NCBI RefSeq assembly: GCF_009914755.1
Contig: NC_060946.1
Source: the human T2T-CHM13v2.0 reference genome, Homo sapiens
DNA: 64,000 nucleotides
Strand: one strand, 5' to 3'
Shown here: positions 21,970 to 47,310 of the stretch, in pieces
Position numbering within the stretch: position 1 is the stretch's first letter
Layout: every line of letters begins with the position of its first letter
Program-made: the position numbers and the translations under genes
The notes under the pieces: model-generated
Database searches by the model: none
Seen by the model: the letters and a program-made list of their open reading frames with translations, nothing else
Told to the model about the DNA's origin: nothing

Positions 21970-22258
21970 TCTGTTTTTGCTTTCCTCACCAACTTGTTAG
22001 GCTTAAATGAGCTGGTGGACAAAAATGATTTGTGAAAAATAAATTGCTATGTAAATATAGGGCATTAGGAACCTTAGCTCATGTATAATCTTCTGTATGA
22101 ATACATGGATTCCTCTGCGTAAATGATATCCTTTTCCAACCTCCCTTGAAGGAGTATGGATCTCACCGTAGTTTAAATGATCCCTTGTATCATCTTGTAA
22201 TTGTATTTGGAAATTACGGTTGTTGGATTCAGAATAGCCAAAATTTGGTTGCTATTGA

Positions 22259-22426
<168 letters not shown>

Positions 22427-22726
22427 TGACATGAGTTTTGAATGTATAGTATGTATATCTGCTTTTGGGGCTCTTGGAAAAATGATCTTAGATGATTTAG
22501 GTTTTTTGTATTGTAATACTTTATCAGCAAATTGTTTTGTCATAATGATGTAGAAATGGCCCTTTTTCTAAGATCCAAGATGCATTTTACAGTAACTGAC
22601 TTTACTAGAGCCAAGAAGTTAGTAAAAGTAAGAAGGTGAAAATGGGAAATGTTGGCCGGGCGTGGTGGCTCATGCCTGTAGTCCCAGCACTTTGGGAGGC
22701 TGAAGTGGGTAGATCACTTGAGGTCA

Positions 22727-23027
<301 letters not shown>

Positions 23028-23272
23028 TCAACTTACTTTCCCTCTCCTGTGCCTTAATATCTTCATGTGTGAAGTATGATAGATTAAATTTTATCTGATG
23101 TTCTTTCTTTTAATGTGACGGTAATGTCCAGTGGAATGAGCCCTTTCAGGGAGGAAGGCAGCTAACTTGTATTTACTGCTTTTCTGTGCCAGAGACTTTT
23201 CAGGCTTTTAACTGCCAAGACAGTTTTTAAGGGAGCTAGGATGATCTCCAAGCTTCAGGGAATTTATGCTAA

Positions 23273-23602
<330 letters not shown>

Positions 23603-23649
23603 TGATCTGCCTGCCTTGGCCTCCCAAAGTGCTAGGATTACAGGCATGA

Positions 23650-23838
<189 letters not shown>

Positions 23839-24121
23839 TGAATTTTTAGTAGAGGTGGGATTTCACTGTGTTAGCCAGGATGGTCTCGATCTCCTGACCT
23901 CGTGATCCACCTGCCTCAGCCTCCCAAAGTGCTGGAATTACAGGCGTGAGCCACCGCGCCCGGCCAATTGTTATCTTTTTAAAGCCTGGGCAGGTCATCG
24001 AAAGTCAAAGTATTTGGTGCTGAGAGTAGAATTTAGCTGGAACATTGTTTATAGCTGCTTTTAGACTTAGAATTTACAATGTGCCTGTGTGGGTCTATTT
24101 CTCTTTGAAGAGAACTCTTAA

Positions 24122-24247
<126 letters not shown>

Positions 24248-24455
24248 TGAGTAGCTGGGACTACAGGCACAGGCCACTACTCCCGGCTAATTTTTGTGTT
24301 TTTAGTAGAGAGAGGGTTTCGCCATATTGGTCAGGCTTTTCTTGAATTCCTGACCTCAGGTAATCTGCCACCTCGGCCTCCCAAATTGCTGGGGTACAGA
24401 TGTGTGCCACCGCGCCCTGCCTAACCACCCCTTTCTTACCTCCCTCTGCTCCAAG

Positions 24456-24506
24456 GACTATTATGCAGCATGGAAGATGGGAGTGTGACAGACCTCTGTA
24501 TTGAAG
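24456..24506 (+). CDS. MEI1: MEI1 exon 3
   Basis: ctccaag|GA; LLCSMEDGSVTDLCIE; G|gtaagt; 51 nt, phase 1-1. Confidence 0.92.
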
Positions 24507-24627
24507 GTAAGTTGAAACCTTGTATCTAGCACTTGAAGATGAAAGTATTAGTCTGAATTGCAGCTCTGGTTACTTGAGACCTTGGCGAAATTGTCTGTTT
24601 AGACACAGATAAGAGGAACCCCATTAG

Positions 24628-25178
<551 letters not shown>

Positions 25179-25551
25179 TAGGCTGGTCTCAAACGGCTAT
25201 TCTCAAGCAATCCTCCTGCTTGGCTTCCCAAAGTGCTGGGATTATAGGCGTGAGTCACCATTCCTGGCCTTACATTTTTTCCTTGGGTATTTACTCTGTG
25301 CTAGATACTGGATCAGGCACTACGGATACATAGATAGATAAGACATGGTCCCTGTCCTCTAGGAGCTTACAATCTGGAGAAGAGATTGACTGACAGGCAA
25401 ATAACTAGATTTGATGAGTGCTGTTACAAAGGCACATACAAAACTCTTTTTTAGTACATCTCGTATTGGTTCATTGAAAGTTGTCTGCACACAGATGGTG
25501 GTTAAAACTGTTGAAGTGGACTGAGCATGGTACAACATGCCTGTAGTCCTA

Positions 25552-25704
<153 letters not shown>

Positions 25705-25779
25705 TTACCTATAAAGGGTTTGTAGAGAAAGAAGGTAAGAGCCCTGGTATGTGACGATTCTTGCAGAGAGAGTGAGAAT

Positions 25780-26872
<1,093 letters not shown>

Positions 26873-27347
26873 GATCCATTCCTTTGGCTACTTGGTGTCC
26901 AAACACCCTTCTCCACATATTTGAACTCCCATAGAACAAAAACAACTTTTTGTTTACCTAACAAGATGTAACTATCCTTCATTCATATACTTCATACAGA
27001 CTAAGCCATTGTCAATTTGTCCCCAACATAAGGAGGTTAATAATTTATTTTTAAATTCAATCACAGTCCTATATGAATATTCTGTTACCGAAAGACTAAA
27101 TTTTAAAGCTAACCTCCACCAAAACTTGTACAAACAATAAGGAAAAAAGGAGAGAGAAGAAAACAGTTACAGAAATATATTACAATCTTCATTTTCATAA
27201 CTGGTCAAAACGATATAGTTAATATTTATAATTTCCTTCTTAATGGTGTTTGTTCTATGTATCCTTTGCCTTCAACGAGGGTCTCAACTGGTCAGGGTTT
27301 TTACATGGTAGGGTGACTCACACCTTCATTCCTGAAAGGTCTGAATC

Positions 27348-28544
<1,197 letters not shown>

Positions 28545-28889
28545 TCAGTGGCTCTTCCTTTTTTTTTGGTTGCTGATGTTTTTCATTAACTTTTACTATT
28601 GAATATGAGACTAGTAAGAAGAGCCCCAGAGAATACCTGGTTCCAGACATAGTCCTCCTTGCCATTATTGTTAGTGGCAACTGAGTTTCCCCTGGATATT
28701 GGGATCAGTCATTCCAGGTAGTAGAATAATCCCTTATTTGCCTATTGGTTGAATGACATGAGGCCTCAAAATGGCCAGATGATAGTCACAACTTCTAATT
28801 CAATGAAACCATTGTGTGACCTCTCATGGAAGCATTCTTTCCTTAGGAACTAAGATCTTTAGCAGAGCCCAAAGTTGCAGGATAGGATA

Positions 28890-29307
28890 TGTTGTGGGCT
28901 AAATTTATATGTACCCCCCACCCCCGGCAAATTTATATGTGGAAGCCCTAACTCTCAGAACCTCTGAATGTGAGTGTCTTTGGGGATAGGGCCTTTAAAA
29001 AGTTGATTAAGCTAAAATGAGGCAATTAGGATGGACCCTAATCCAATCTGACTAGTATCCTTATAAGAAGAGCAAATTTGAACACACACACAGAGACACC
29101 AGGGGTGTGTGTGCACCAAGCAAAGACCATGTGAGGGCAAGTGAGAAGGTAGCCATCTGCAAGCCAGGAAGAGAGGCCTCAGAAGAAACCAAATCTGCTG
29201 ACACTTTGATCTTGGGCTTTCAACCTCAAGAACTGTGAGAAAATTTCTGTTGTTTAAGCCATCCAGTCTGTGGTATTTTATTATGGAAGCCCTAGTGAGC
29301 TATTATA
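28890..29307 (+). mobile_element. MaLR solo LTR (MLT1A/B-like)
   Basis: TG...gaccctaatccaatctgact...gtctgtggtattttattatggaagccctag; 5-bp TSD ggata at 28885-28889 and 29308-29312. Confidence 0.85.
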
Positions 29308-30137
29308 GGATACAAAAATTCTGCAAGTGGGTTAGTAAGTGTAATAGGGAAATGACTCCCACTTTACCCCTTGATTCTCTGACCCATGTATTCTACTGTG
29401 GGTAAGACAGCACCGAATGTTGATCACCGCATCAAAATATATACCACATGGAAGATAGAACCCTATCCTTTCAGAGTGGTGTCTTTCAGATGGTGGAATA
29501 ACTGAGTCTTCAGAGGCCATTCCACATTCTTTTAGGTCAGGTGGTTCCAGCTGATAGAGTATGGGATAAGGGCAGTGAATTTTATGGGTGTGATCCCATT
29601 GCCTCACTTCTTTTGTGAAATGAGTTCCTTAATCCAAGTGATGTTGTGCAGAATACCATGATATTGAATAAGCCATTCTGTAAGCTTACAAATGTGTTTT
29701 TGGCAGAAGTATCATGGTTTGGGAAGGCAAGTCTGTATTCAGAATACATGTTTATTCCAGTGAGGACAAATCTCTGCCTCTCCATTTGCTGTTGGCAGGT
29801 TAGGCACTCAGTCATAGCAGTAATCAATTTAGCCTTGACAAGGGAAAGTCCGTGTTGTTGAGCCCAGCGCATAGCCTCCAGCTCTGCCACCATAGCCAAC
29901 TTGTACATGGATCCATTGAATAAGCACTTGATGGCGAGGGAAACAGGTGGATTAGCATTCACAAAATGTGCCATTTTGACTACCTGGTTACTGAGAATCT
30001 CTTCTTTAATAGATGTTCTTTAGGGAGCATTCACACAAGAGACAAGTGTCTTCCCACTTTATGCTCCCTCTGAAAGGTCCATCTTCTTCTCCAGGCCTCA
30101 TTGTCACCAGTATTTCTTTTTTTTTCTTTTTTTTTGA

Positions 30138-30296
<159 letters not shown>

Positions 30297-30494
30297 TAGT
30301 AGAGACGATTTCACCGTGTTAGCCAGGATGGTCTCGATTTCTTGACCTCATGATCCGTTCTGACCCCCCGGGGGATTTTCCTTCATCATTTTCCTTCTAG
30401 GCCACCCTTGAGTGGGGCTACAATCCTGCAGCCATCCACTTCTGGTTGGTATCAGCATGGCTTGCAGAACCATCAGACCTCAGGAACTTCACCT

Positions 30495-30780
30495 AGGTGG
30501 AAAGCACTAGAGGAAGACTAAGGGTGAGGGGTGAAGGACTTGCTCCTTCCTCATGGTTCCTGTTTGCTTTCTTCCTGCTTCTTGTTTCTGTGCGTGTTCG
30601 CCTAGAATGCTTCTTGAACCTCCAGTGACAGAACCTTCCCACAGCAGCTGCTGAATTTAGTTTGCAGCTTTTCCAACCTTACCGAATCTCTCCTCAAAGC
30701 CACCAGCAGAAGTACCACAAATGATTGTAGAGAAGGGTGGGTTTGGAGCTAAGAGATAATGTTGTAATAATTGGCTATAG
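30495..30780. mobile_element. Rearranged remnant of the second LTR33-like LTR
   Basis: 30730-30778 is a direct copy of 26825-26870, while 30644-30674 is an inverted copy of 26393-26421. Confidence 0.55.
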
Positions 30781-30983
30781 GAACTTGCCTATAATTCTTT
30801 TTTTTTAGTATATATAAAGGAGCAAACTGAGGAAAGAAATAGTAGAGATAATATAAAATAGCAGTTTTTGGCCAGGCACAGTGGCTCACACCTATAGTCC
30901 CTGGGAGGCCAAGGCGGGCGGATCACCTGAGGTTAGGAGTTCGAGACCAGCCTGGCCAACATGTAGAAGCCCCATCTCTACTA

Positions 30984-31426
<443 letters not shown>

Positions 31427-31494
31427 TGATCCACCCGCCTTGGCCTCCCAAAGTGCTGGGATTACAGGCGTGAGCCACTGCGCCCGGCTCAAAA

Positions 31495-31626
31495 GCAGTT
31501 TTCAAACCTGGCTTCACAATAGACTTACCTGGAGAACTTTAGAAATACACTAGAATTTTATATTTAGAAAAATATTTTAAAGTATAAAACATTTAAATAT
31601 ATTTAAGTATATTTAAATAGAAATAG

Positions 31627-31662
<36 letters not shown>

Positions 31663-32135
31663 AGCAATATATATATATATTCACATTAAACAAAACAATA
31701 TATTGGGCTTTTCCCTTAGACATTCAATTGGTCTGGGGTGGGACTTGGGTATTAGTTTTGTTTGTTTGTTTTTTTTTTTTTTTTTGAGATGGAGTCTCGC
31801 TCTGTTGCCCAGGCTGGAGTGCAGTGGCGTGATCTCGGCTCACTACAAACTCCACCTCCCAGATTCATGCCATTCTCCTGCCTCAGCCTCCTGAGTAGCT
31901 GGGACCACAGATGCCTGCCACCATACCTGGCTAATTTTTTTGTATTTTTAGCAGAGACGGGGTTTCACCGTGTTAGCCAGGATGGTCTCCATCTCCTGAC
32001 CTCGTGATCCGCCCATCTCGGCCTCCCAAAGCGCTGGGATTACATGCGTGAGCCACCGCGCCCGGCTGGGCATTAGAATTTTTTTAAAGCTTCCTAGGTG
32101 AGTCTAATGTGCAGCCTGAGTTGAGAACCACTGAT
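31495..32135. mobile_element. MER5-like hAT MITE split by a microsatellite and an Alu
   Basis: gcagttttcaaacctgg...ggtctggggtgggac...tctaatgtgcagcctgagttgagaaccactg. Confidence 0.6.
31628..31680. repeat. (TG)17 microsatellite with adjacent (AT)7
   Basis: Read directly from the sequence. Confidence 0.95.
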
Positions 32136-32479
32136 AATAAATCAAAGAAGGCCAGGCATGGTGACTCACACCTATTATCCCAGCACTTTGGGAGACAGGC
32201 AGGAGGACTGCTGAAGCCCAGGCATTTGAGATTACCCTGGGCAGTACAGACCCTGTCCCTACAAAAAAATTAAAAAATTAGCCAGGCATAGTGGCATGTA
32301 CCTGTAGTCCCAGCTGCTTGAGAGCCTGAGTGGGAGGATTGCTTGAGCCCAGGAGTTCAAGGCTGCAGTGAGCTATGATCACACCACTGCACTTTAGCCT
32401 GGATGACCCTGTCTCTAAACAAAGCAAAAGCAAAATCAAAAGAAAAAAAAAAAAAGAAGCCAGAACTCCTTTAGTTTAG

Positions 32480-32817
<338 letters not shown>

Positions 32818-32942
32818 TAGTTAAATGGAAGAAATAGAAAAGTATAATACCAATTAGCCCAGGCAAATCACTGTCCTGCACTGATTGAGTAGAAGGGCCA
32901 TGGAAGGTGGACTCTGGGTTGGGGGTGCCTCCTGGTTAGTAA

Positions 32943-33044
<102 letters not shown>

Positions 33045-33478
33045 TAGCTATGGGTTCTTGAGTCTCTCAGAATCCTCAGATGTCAGAGCTGGGTCAACCC
33101 TTTGAACAAATGAGAGATTGAAGTCCAGGGAGGAAAAGGAGCTTTCCTGAGGTCACTGAGTTGGTGGCAGAGTCAGAGCTAAGGCCTGGGTCCACTGATC
33201 ATGCTCCAGTGTTCTTTACAGCTTTCTTCTTTCCCCTTTCAATCTCCCAAATGTTACCTCCATGCAATGAAGTGCCATCTTTCTGGCATAATCATCCCAT
33301 GGTTCATTTTCCGTGACTTCCTAATTATAATACAGATTTCCTTGATGAAGTTGTCAAGGAAATATGTTCTCTATGTCTTGTTTTGGTGGTTTTATTTAAT
33401 TTTGAATTGTATACATTACTTAGTACTGAAGGTGTTTGGTTCTATCAGCTTACTTTGTACTGAAGGCGTTTGCTTCTA

Positions 33479-33856
<378 letters not shown>

Positions 33857-34298
33857 TTAAAGAGCAGCTTTTGTGTTGTATTTAAGACTGAGGAATAATA
33901 TCAGAATAACTTTTTATTTAATTTGCAGAAGGAAAACAAATGTTTATCTTGTTAAAACCATCAAGAACATTTCATTATAAATTATATTTCAATTATATCA
34001 TAGTTATTTTACATATGATTAATATGTCAGATTGAATTTATAATTATATATATCAGTGCTTATGATTATGATGAGATGATGCCACTTAACATTTATTGAG
34101 CACTTTCTATGGGCTAGGGATTGTATGAGGTGGTTTATATGTAATATCTCATTCAGCCCTATCAACAACCCTATAAAGCTGTTACTATTATTATTTCCCA
34201 CCAGAGTTAAGAATCTTGCCAAAAGTGGTATGACTAGCTAGTCAATAGAAAAGGTAAAATATGGACTATTGACTCTCCCTGTAAAGCATGAAGCATAG

Positions 34299-34559
<261 letters not shown>

Positions 34560-34999
34560 TAGCCAGGATGGTCTCGATCTCCTGACCTCGTGATCCGCCC
34601 GCCTCGGCCTCCCAAAATGCTGGGATTACAGCGTGAGCCACCACGCCCGGCCAACAATAATTTTTTTTTTTTGCATCGAGTCAGTGTTCTGTCTTTATGA
34701 CATTTCAAACTTTTGTCCCCCAACTTCTGGTTCTATGGAGGCAAAATATGTAGATTTTAATTCAGTTTAACAAACATGCACTGAGCTAGGTACTGAGGAC
34801 TCTGAGAGGACTCAGTCCCTTTCCTCTGGGAGTTCCCAGTCCAGTGGGGGTGCTGGACACTAAGCTAAAAAAGCTGATTGCTGACTGTGGTGAGAGACAC
34901 ATGCAATACAGGCATTGGTGTGGGTAGGGAAAGATCAGTTTTGGTGGAAGATCTGTCCTGATCCTAATTGACAGAATGGAGCATATTCACTTTCTGTAG

Positions 35000-35110
<111 letters not shown>

Positions 35111-35113
35111 TGA

Positions 35114-36925
<1,812 letters not shown>

Positions 36926-37004
36926 TAGGAATAATAGATTGGAGTTTCATATAGCAGTTGACATTGTGAAATTTCCCTTGGCTCCTTGGTTGTTTTCTGG
37001 ACAG

Positions 37005-37208
37005 GCAACCTGATGGAGCATCTGTTGAGAGGCTTAGTATACCCCAGTGAGGGCATACAAGCTTCTGTCTGTTACCTTTATGGGAAGCTATACTCCTCAC
37101 CAGTGGCAGCTGAGATGCTTTCAGGACACTTCCGTGAGAAGCTTTTTCCCCTCTTCCTTTCCATCCTGGATGGTGCCCAGACAAAGGAGCTGCAGATTAA
37201 CTGCTTGG
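37005..37208 (+). CDS. MEI1: MEI1 exon 6
   Basis: ggacag|GC; [17 protein letters not shown]...KELQINCL; G|gtaaga; 204 nt, phase 1-1. Confidence 0.94.
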
Positions 37209-37578
37209 GTAAGACATGAGGCTGGAGAAAAAAGGGAGAATAAGTTTTTGACATTTTGCTAGAAGACTTGAGATATTGGGTTCTCTAGTAGTGGGGAAGT
37301 TTGCTGTTTTGCAAAAGGTAGAAGCCACAAGGCTTGAGAGATAAGAGACACACTGTGTGAAAGATGCCTAGAGTTGGTATGACATCTTAAGAATGTTGCC
37401 TTTGGAGGAAAATAGGAAGGAAAGTGGGACAGCAATTTTTTCTGCCTTTACTGCCTGCCCTGGTGCATCCTGTATTTGCTGGCAAGTTAATCTTTACATT
37501 GTATAGCTCACGTCCTGTCACTTTCTTAAGTCAGAAATTCTTCCATGGTTCCCTCTGGCCTCCAGGGTAAAGCCTAGG

Positions 37579-38625
<1,047 letters not shown>

Positions 38626-39344
38626 CTAGGTTTCTCTGCTTGTTACTTGAGGCTCTTTAGAAGCCCCAACATACCCTTTTAACGTCCTCTCCTGCTATTT
38701 TTTTACATAAATACATAAGGTCTATCAACTGTTCTAAGCAGGGAGATTTCTTATTTTGGGCAGAACAGATGGGCACTGTAATTGGTGCCTGGTTGAGGGC
38801 CTGTTCTCAGGTAGAAGCTGTAGAGAAAAGCATAGTCTATTGGTGACAGCAGCTTCTTTTCAAAATTTGGATCAGGAGCTCTGTTATGAATGACCTAGCC
38901 ATACATAGTGAGCATTCGTTCTATAGCTGGCCCTGTGCTGGGCTCTGAGGTCACAGAGATGATCAAATCCAAGCTTTATCTTAGGGGAGCTCACAGGCCA
39001 GTGTAGAAGACACACATGGACAACTAGAGTCTAGTGTGATGAGTGCCATCTTGGAGGTGCACAGCAGAGGGTAGGAGCAGGGGACAGGAGAAACTTCCTA
39101 AAGGAAAGGATGCCTGGACTGAGTCCTAAATTGGGGGGGAGAGGAGGAAGGCAGAAACACGGGCCAGAGCACGAGGTATGAAGCAGCCTGTATCTGCGGT
39201 AACTTGCAGCAGGGCAGTGTTGGAGTTAGTGCATATAGAACAAAAGGGTGCAAATACAGGCCCTAGGGTGAGGCCCTTGGCAGTCCTACAGCTCACCTAA
39301 CCACAGCAGAGGGAAATCTCAACTGGTTATACTGGGAATTCCCA

Positions 39345-40972
<1,628 letters not shown>

Positions 40973-42207
40973 AATAATAAAAAAAATTAACCCTATGCAT
41001 GTTTGTCAGACCCGAGGGCCTCTTTTATCCTGGTCAACGGGAGTGCTAACCTTCTTTCAGACAACACTTAAAGGTCACCTCTTCTCTGGAGCCTTTCCTT
41101 CCCACCCTCTCCCCTCAGCCAGGGATGTAGTCACATCCTTTGGACCCTTGAAGCACCAAGGGTCTTATATTCTGTCTTATATCATCTTATTCACTTACTT
41201 TACAACCCAAGATCCTCATAAGTTCTTATTTTATTTAATTTACTTATTTTTAAAGATGGGACCTGTTCTATTGCCCAGGCTGAAGTACAGTAGCATGTTC
41301 ATAGCTCACTGCAGCCTCGAACTCCTGGCCTCAAGTGATCCTCTCACCTTGATCTCCCAAGTAGCTGGTATTACAGGTGCACGCCACCTTGCCAGCATTT
41401 TAATTTTTTTTTTTTTTTTTTTTTGTAGAGATGGGGTCCCACTATGCTCATAAGCTGTTTATGGTCTAATCCTTATTAACCTCTCAAGCCTCATCTCTCA
41501 CTTCTCTATCTGTCCCCACCCTAACTCAGCCTTACTGAACCAAATCCATCTCCAGGAACACACCATACTCTCCTGCCTTTATATATTCCTCTGCCCAGAA
41601 GTTGGCTCACATCCAACTTCTCATCCTTCAAGATTTGGTTCAAATATCTTCTTATAGAAGCCTTCCCTGGGCCCCCAGGCTAGATTAGATGATTCATTTG
41701 ATTTCCTGCGGTCCTCTGGGCTTTTTTCCACATTATTTAATTTTAATATTTAATATTCTGACATGCATTTCTTTACTTGTTTGTTAAAGTATGTATTATT
41801 TGGAACACTTTGGTGACTTACCATGAATCCCAGCATAAGTACCAGAATCCTTAACATAGCTTATGTGGTCTTTTGTGACTACTTCTCAAATGTAATTTCT
41901 GGACTTTTTTTTCCCCCAGCCATTCTGGCTTTCTTTCACTTTCTAGAATGTTGTTCTCTGTATCTGGAATACTTCTCCCCACTTCACCTACTTTTACGTA
42001 CTTATTTTTCAGATTCAGCTTAAATGGTACTTGCTGATGGAAGGCTTTACTGATCCCCCACACTGGGTTAAATCCTCATATACATTTTCATGTATTTGGG
42101 TATTTCTCATTTACATCATTTATCACAATTATAAGGGTCATTTGTCTGACTTGGTTTTTTTTTTTGAGATGGAGTTTCACTCTGTCACCCAGGGTGGAGT
42201 ACAGTGA

Positions 42208-42504
<297 letters not shown>

Positions 42505-42807
42505 TAGTCAAAAAATATTTTTTGAGTTCCTGCTATGTGTCAGGAACTGTGCCAGGTGATGGATGATGTTATGTTGAAAAAACTCACATTATTCCTGCCC
42601 TCATGAAACTTATAGTTGAGTGAGGCAGTCGGGCTATGTTTATCTTGCTTACTCTTGAATCCCTAGACCCTTAGGCCTAGCACTTAGTGGGCTCTCACTA
42701 GATCTGTGTGGAAGAGAGTCGGGTGCAAAAAGCAAATTGGTGCTTAAGGATTCTAACCATTCTTCATATTTGTAGAGGGATGAAGAAGTTTCTCTGGGGA
42801 TGTCTGA

Positions 42808-43020
<213 letters not shown>

Positions 43021-43291
43021 TGATTCCTGGTCTCTAGGTTCAATAACAAGGGGACCCAAGTGCTTCTTGGGCCTTGTCTTCATCTACCACTCCTATCTCA
43101 GATTTCCAAGTGTTTTCTTACTGGGCAAAATAATATACTGGCTGGGGGCGGTGGCTCATGTCTGTAGTCCCAGCACTTTCGGAGGCCTAGGTTGGTGGAT
43201 TGCTTGAGCCCAGGAGTGCAAGACCAGCTTGGGCAATATGGCAAAACCCTGTCTCTATAAAAAATACAAAAAAGTTGGGCGTGGTGGCTCA

Positions 43292-43686
<395 letters not shown>

Positions 43687-44046
43687 CTACACTCCAGCCT
43701 GGGTGATAGAAAGTAGATTTCCTTTCATTTGTAAATTCTTTTTTTTTTTTTTTAAGTGCCGAGGTCTTGCTCTCTCCACTCAGGCTGGAATGTAATGGCA
43801 CAATCACGGCTCACTGCAGCCTCAACCTCCTGGGCTCAAGCGATCCTCTTGTCTCAGCTTCCTGAGTAGCTGAGACTACAGGTGTTCACCATGAGGCATG
43901 GCTAATTTTTAACTTTTCGTAGAGACAGGGATCTTTCTATGTTGCTTGGGCTGGTCTCAACTCCTGGGCTCAAGTGATTCTCCCACCTTGGCCTCCAAAG
44001 TGCTGGGATTACAGGTGTGAGCCACTGCACCTAGCCTCAGTTGTAA

Positions 44047-44211
<165 letters not shown>

Positions 44212-45499
44212 TAATTTTTTGCATTTTTAGAAGAGACGGGGCTTCACCATGCTGGCCAGGCTGGTCTCAAACTGCTGACCTTGTGATCCGCCTGCCTCGG
44301 CCTCCCAAAATGCTGGGATTACAGGCATGAGCCCCCAGGCCCAGCCGTAAATTCTTACCTCTGCACTTCCCCTTCACATTTGGGCTGCCTGAAAATGGAG
44401 AATACTTACAGCAATAGAAACAAAGTCACCTCAGTTGCTTTAGGGATCAGATTCTGAGCTTGGTACTGAGAACCTTCTTTATCTGGATATCCTTCAGCCT
44501 CACTTTCCTGTCTCTTCCACCCCACAACCCAGTGCTCCAGCCACATGCAGTCTTTCCCTGGTCCTGCATATGCTAGGTCATCCTGTCTCACTGCCTGTGC
44601 AGTTGCTCTTCCTCTGCCTATAGGGCATTTCTCCTCTCTTTATCTGCTGATATGAGTCAGCCTTCAAGCCTATAGGGCTCCCCTGTCACCCTGGCTCCTT
44701 TAGGCGGAATGTGACCCACGGTCACCGTGCTTACCTCATACCATATTGTGGTTGACTGGCTGGGAGCTCTTTCAGGGCAAAACCTGAGTCTGGCATCTTT
44801 CCCCAGTGCTCGGCACGGGGGCTGGCAGAGCTGCAAACCCTGATGTGATAGCAGGGGTTGATTGCCCAAACTCTGGGGCTCTTTCTGCAGCAAGGAAGAG
44901 GAGGAGGAGCTCTGGTTAGAAGTGAGAAGGGAGGCCGGGTGCAGTGGCTCATGCCTGTAATCCCAGCACTTTGGGAGACCGGGACGGGTGGATCACGAGG
45001 TCAGGAGTTCGAGACCAGCCTGGTCAACATGGTGAAACTCTATCTCTACTAAAAATACAAAAATTAGCCAGGCGTGGTGGCACACACCTGTAATCCCAGC
45101 TATTTGGGAGGCTGAGGCAGGAGAATATAGCAAGAAAAGTTTGTCCTGAGACTACAGCAAGAAAAGAAAAGAACTGACTTCTAAAGAAAATAGTTTAGTC
45201 CATTTCAGAGTTTAAATGTCGGTCATCAAGTGTAATGAGCTAGGATCAGGTTTCTGACTTAGGAATCATACACGTATTCCATAAGTTTTAGTGTAGTTTT
45301 AAGCTTAAAACTTAACTTAAAAGCAGTAACTTAAAAGCAGTTACTGTTGCCATTTTCAAACATATGTACTTAAACAACAACAGGGAAACTAAAAATGTGT
45401 TATCAAATCACAAAACTGAAGTGTAATGAAATTTAACCAATTAAACTTCAAAAAAGAATATTTATTTTAAACCAAGAATCATTGTTTTAATGGATACAT

Positions 45500-45672
45500 A
45501 TCATATTTCTTTGATTCTGAGATACATTTTTTCACATTTTAACAGCTCTGAAATTGGGAGACATTTTACCATCAATGGTGCATCATAGTTTAATTGGGAG
45601 CACTTTTTCTTTCTTAGTGGTACATAAAATAATGGCTTGCGTTACATCAATAGCATCTTAAGATACAATATG
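45500..45672. mobile_element. Tc2/MER104-like MITE
   Basis: atttctttgattctgagatacattttttcacattttaac...tttcttagtggtacataaaataatgg; family assignment from memory. Confidence 0.5.
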
Positions 45673-45701
45673 TCATTTCTTTTATAAAGAGAACAAGATA
45701 A

Positions 45702-45912
<211 letters not shown>

Positions 45913-46537
45913 TAGCCAGCATGGTCTCGATCTCCTGACCTCGTGATCCACCCGCCTCAGCCTCCCTAATTTCTAAACTCCTTTATATACTATCAGAAAA
46001 TCTGGCTTTTTTTTTTCTTTTCCTGATATGTCTGACAAGTAGGAAGGCTGTTTATGTGTCCACTTGTAAGTCCAATATGGCTGAGATGGGGTTAAGCTTG
46101 CAGTCCTCAGATGTATCTTTACCAGACATTAGTAGTCTCATGTCTACTTGGTCCTTTTTCTTAAAAGCTGTAAAACCAGGTATGCCCTCCATTCTTCTGG
46201 TGATGTATATTCTGTTTGGCATTTTTCTCCCCCAAAATCAGCTTCTATGATACTTAAAATCTGTGGTTGCAGTTAACGCTTTTCTTGATTTCTGAAAGTG
46301 TTAGAGGCATCCCTAATAGCTATGGTGATGAGTAGGAGTTTGGATATTATTCAGAGTGCAATGGAAATTCACTGAGATGTTTGGAGTAGCAAATATGCCT
46401 GATCTAAAAATTCTGATGGGGGAGGCATCACAGTTGTGGGTAGACTCCTAGATTTGGACTTGGCTGACCTGAGTTTGTGCCTTAGCTTTGCCACTTATCA
46501 GCTGTGTAGCCTAGAGTAAGTAACCTAACCTTGCTAA

Positions 46538-47310
46538 AGGTTCCCAAGACTACCCCTAGGTTTGATGATTTGCTAGGAGGACTCATAGGACTCAACGTAT
46601 AGTCATACTCATAGCTACGATTTACGGCAGTGTAAGGAAAGCAGTATCAGCAAAAGGAAAGGTGCGTGGGGCGAAGTCTGGTGGAACCAACACAAGCTTC
46701 CAGAGTCCTGTCTCAGTGGAGTCACATGGGATGCACTTCTTAATTTCCCCAGGAATGAACTGTGACATGTGAAACCTTACCTACTGAGGAAGCTCATCGG
46801 AGTGTCAGTACCCCAGGTTTTTATGGGGGACTGGCCGTTCACGTAGGTATCCTCTGCTGAGCATGTACCAAAATTCCAGACTCCCAGAAGGAAAACAGGT
46901 ATTCAGCATAAACTACAGTTGTCCCTTGTATACACGGGAGATTGGTTCCAGGACCGCCGGCATATACCCAGACCCACATATACTCAAGTCCTACAGTCAG
47001 CCCTGGCAAACTCCAGTAAGTTGGCCCTGTTCATATGCCAGTTTCACATCTAGTGAATACTGCATTTTCCATCAGCGTTCAGTTGAAAAAAGGCCACATA
47101 TAAGTAGAACCACACAGTTCAAGCCTGTGTTGTTCAAGGGTCAACTGTTCATTGTACACATAGTTTAGTCACAGTGAGCCACTCTCTCAGTTCTGTTAGG
47201 AACCCTCCTGAAATCCAAGTTCCCAAACCCAGCCAAGAGCCAGCCTTGCAGAGAGGGTTTTCTAAGTATAATAGCCTCAGGCCTACTGTGTTAAATCTTT
47301 TCTGTGCACT
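46538..47310 (-). mobile_element. MER21-like ERVL LTR
   Basis: ggttcccaagactacccctaggtttgatgatttgctaggaggactc...cagccaagagccagccttgca. Confidence 0.65.
46916..47147. mobile_element. MER8-like Tigger MITE inserted in the LTR
   Basis: Terminal inverted repeats cagttgtccctt / aagggtcaactg, preceded by TA; about 230 bp. Confidence 0.8.

Noticed and set aside
29332-29974. 130- and 91-aa ORFs as a domesticated integrase
   Set aside because: Multiple frameshifts and an apparently missing catalytic segment; consistent with neutral decay
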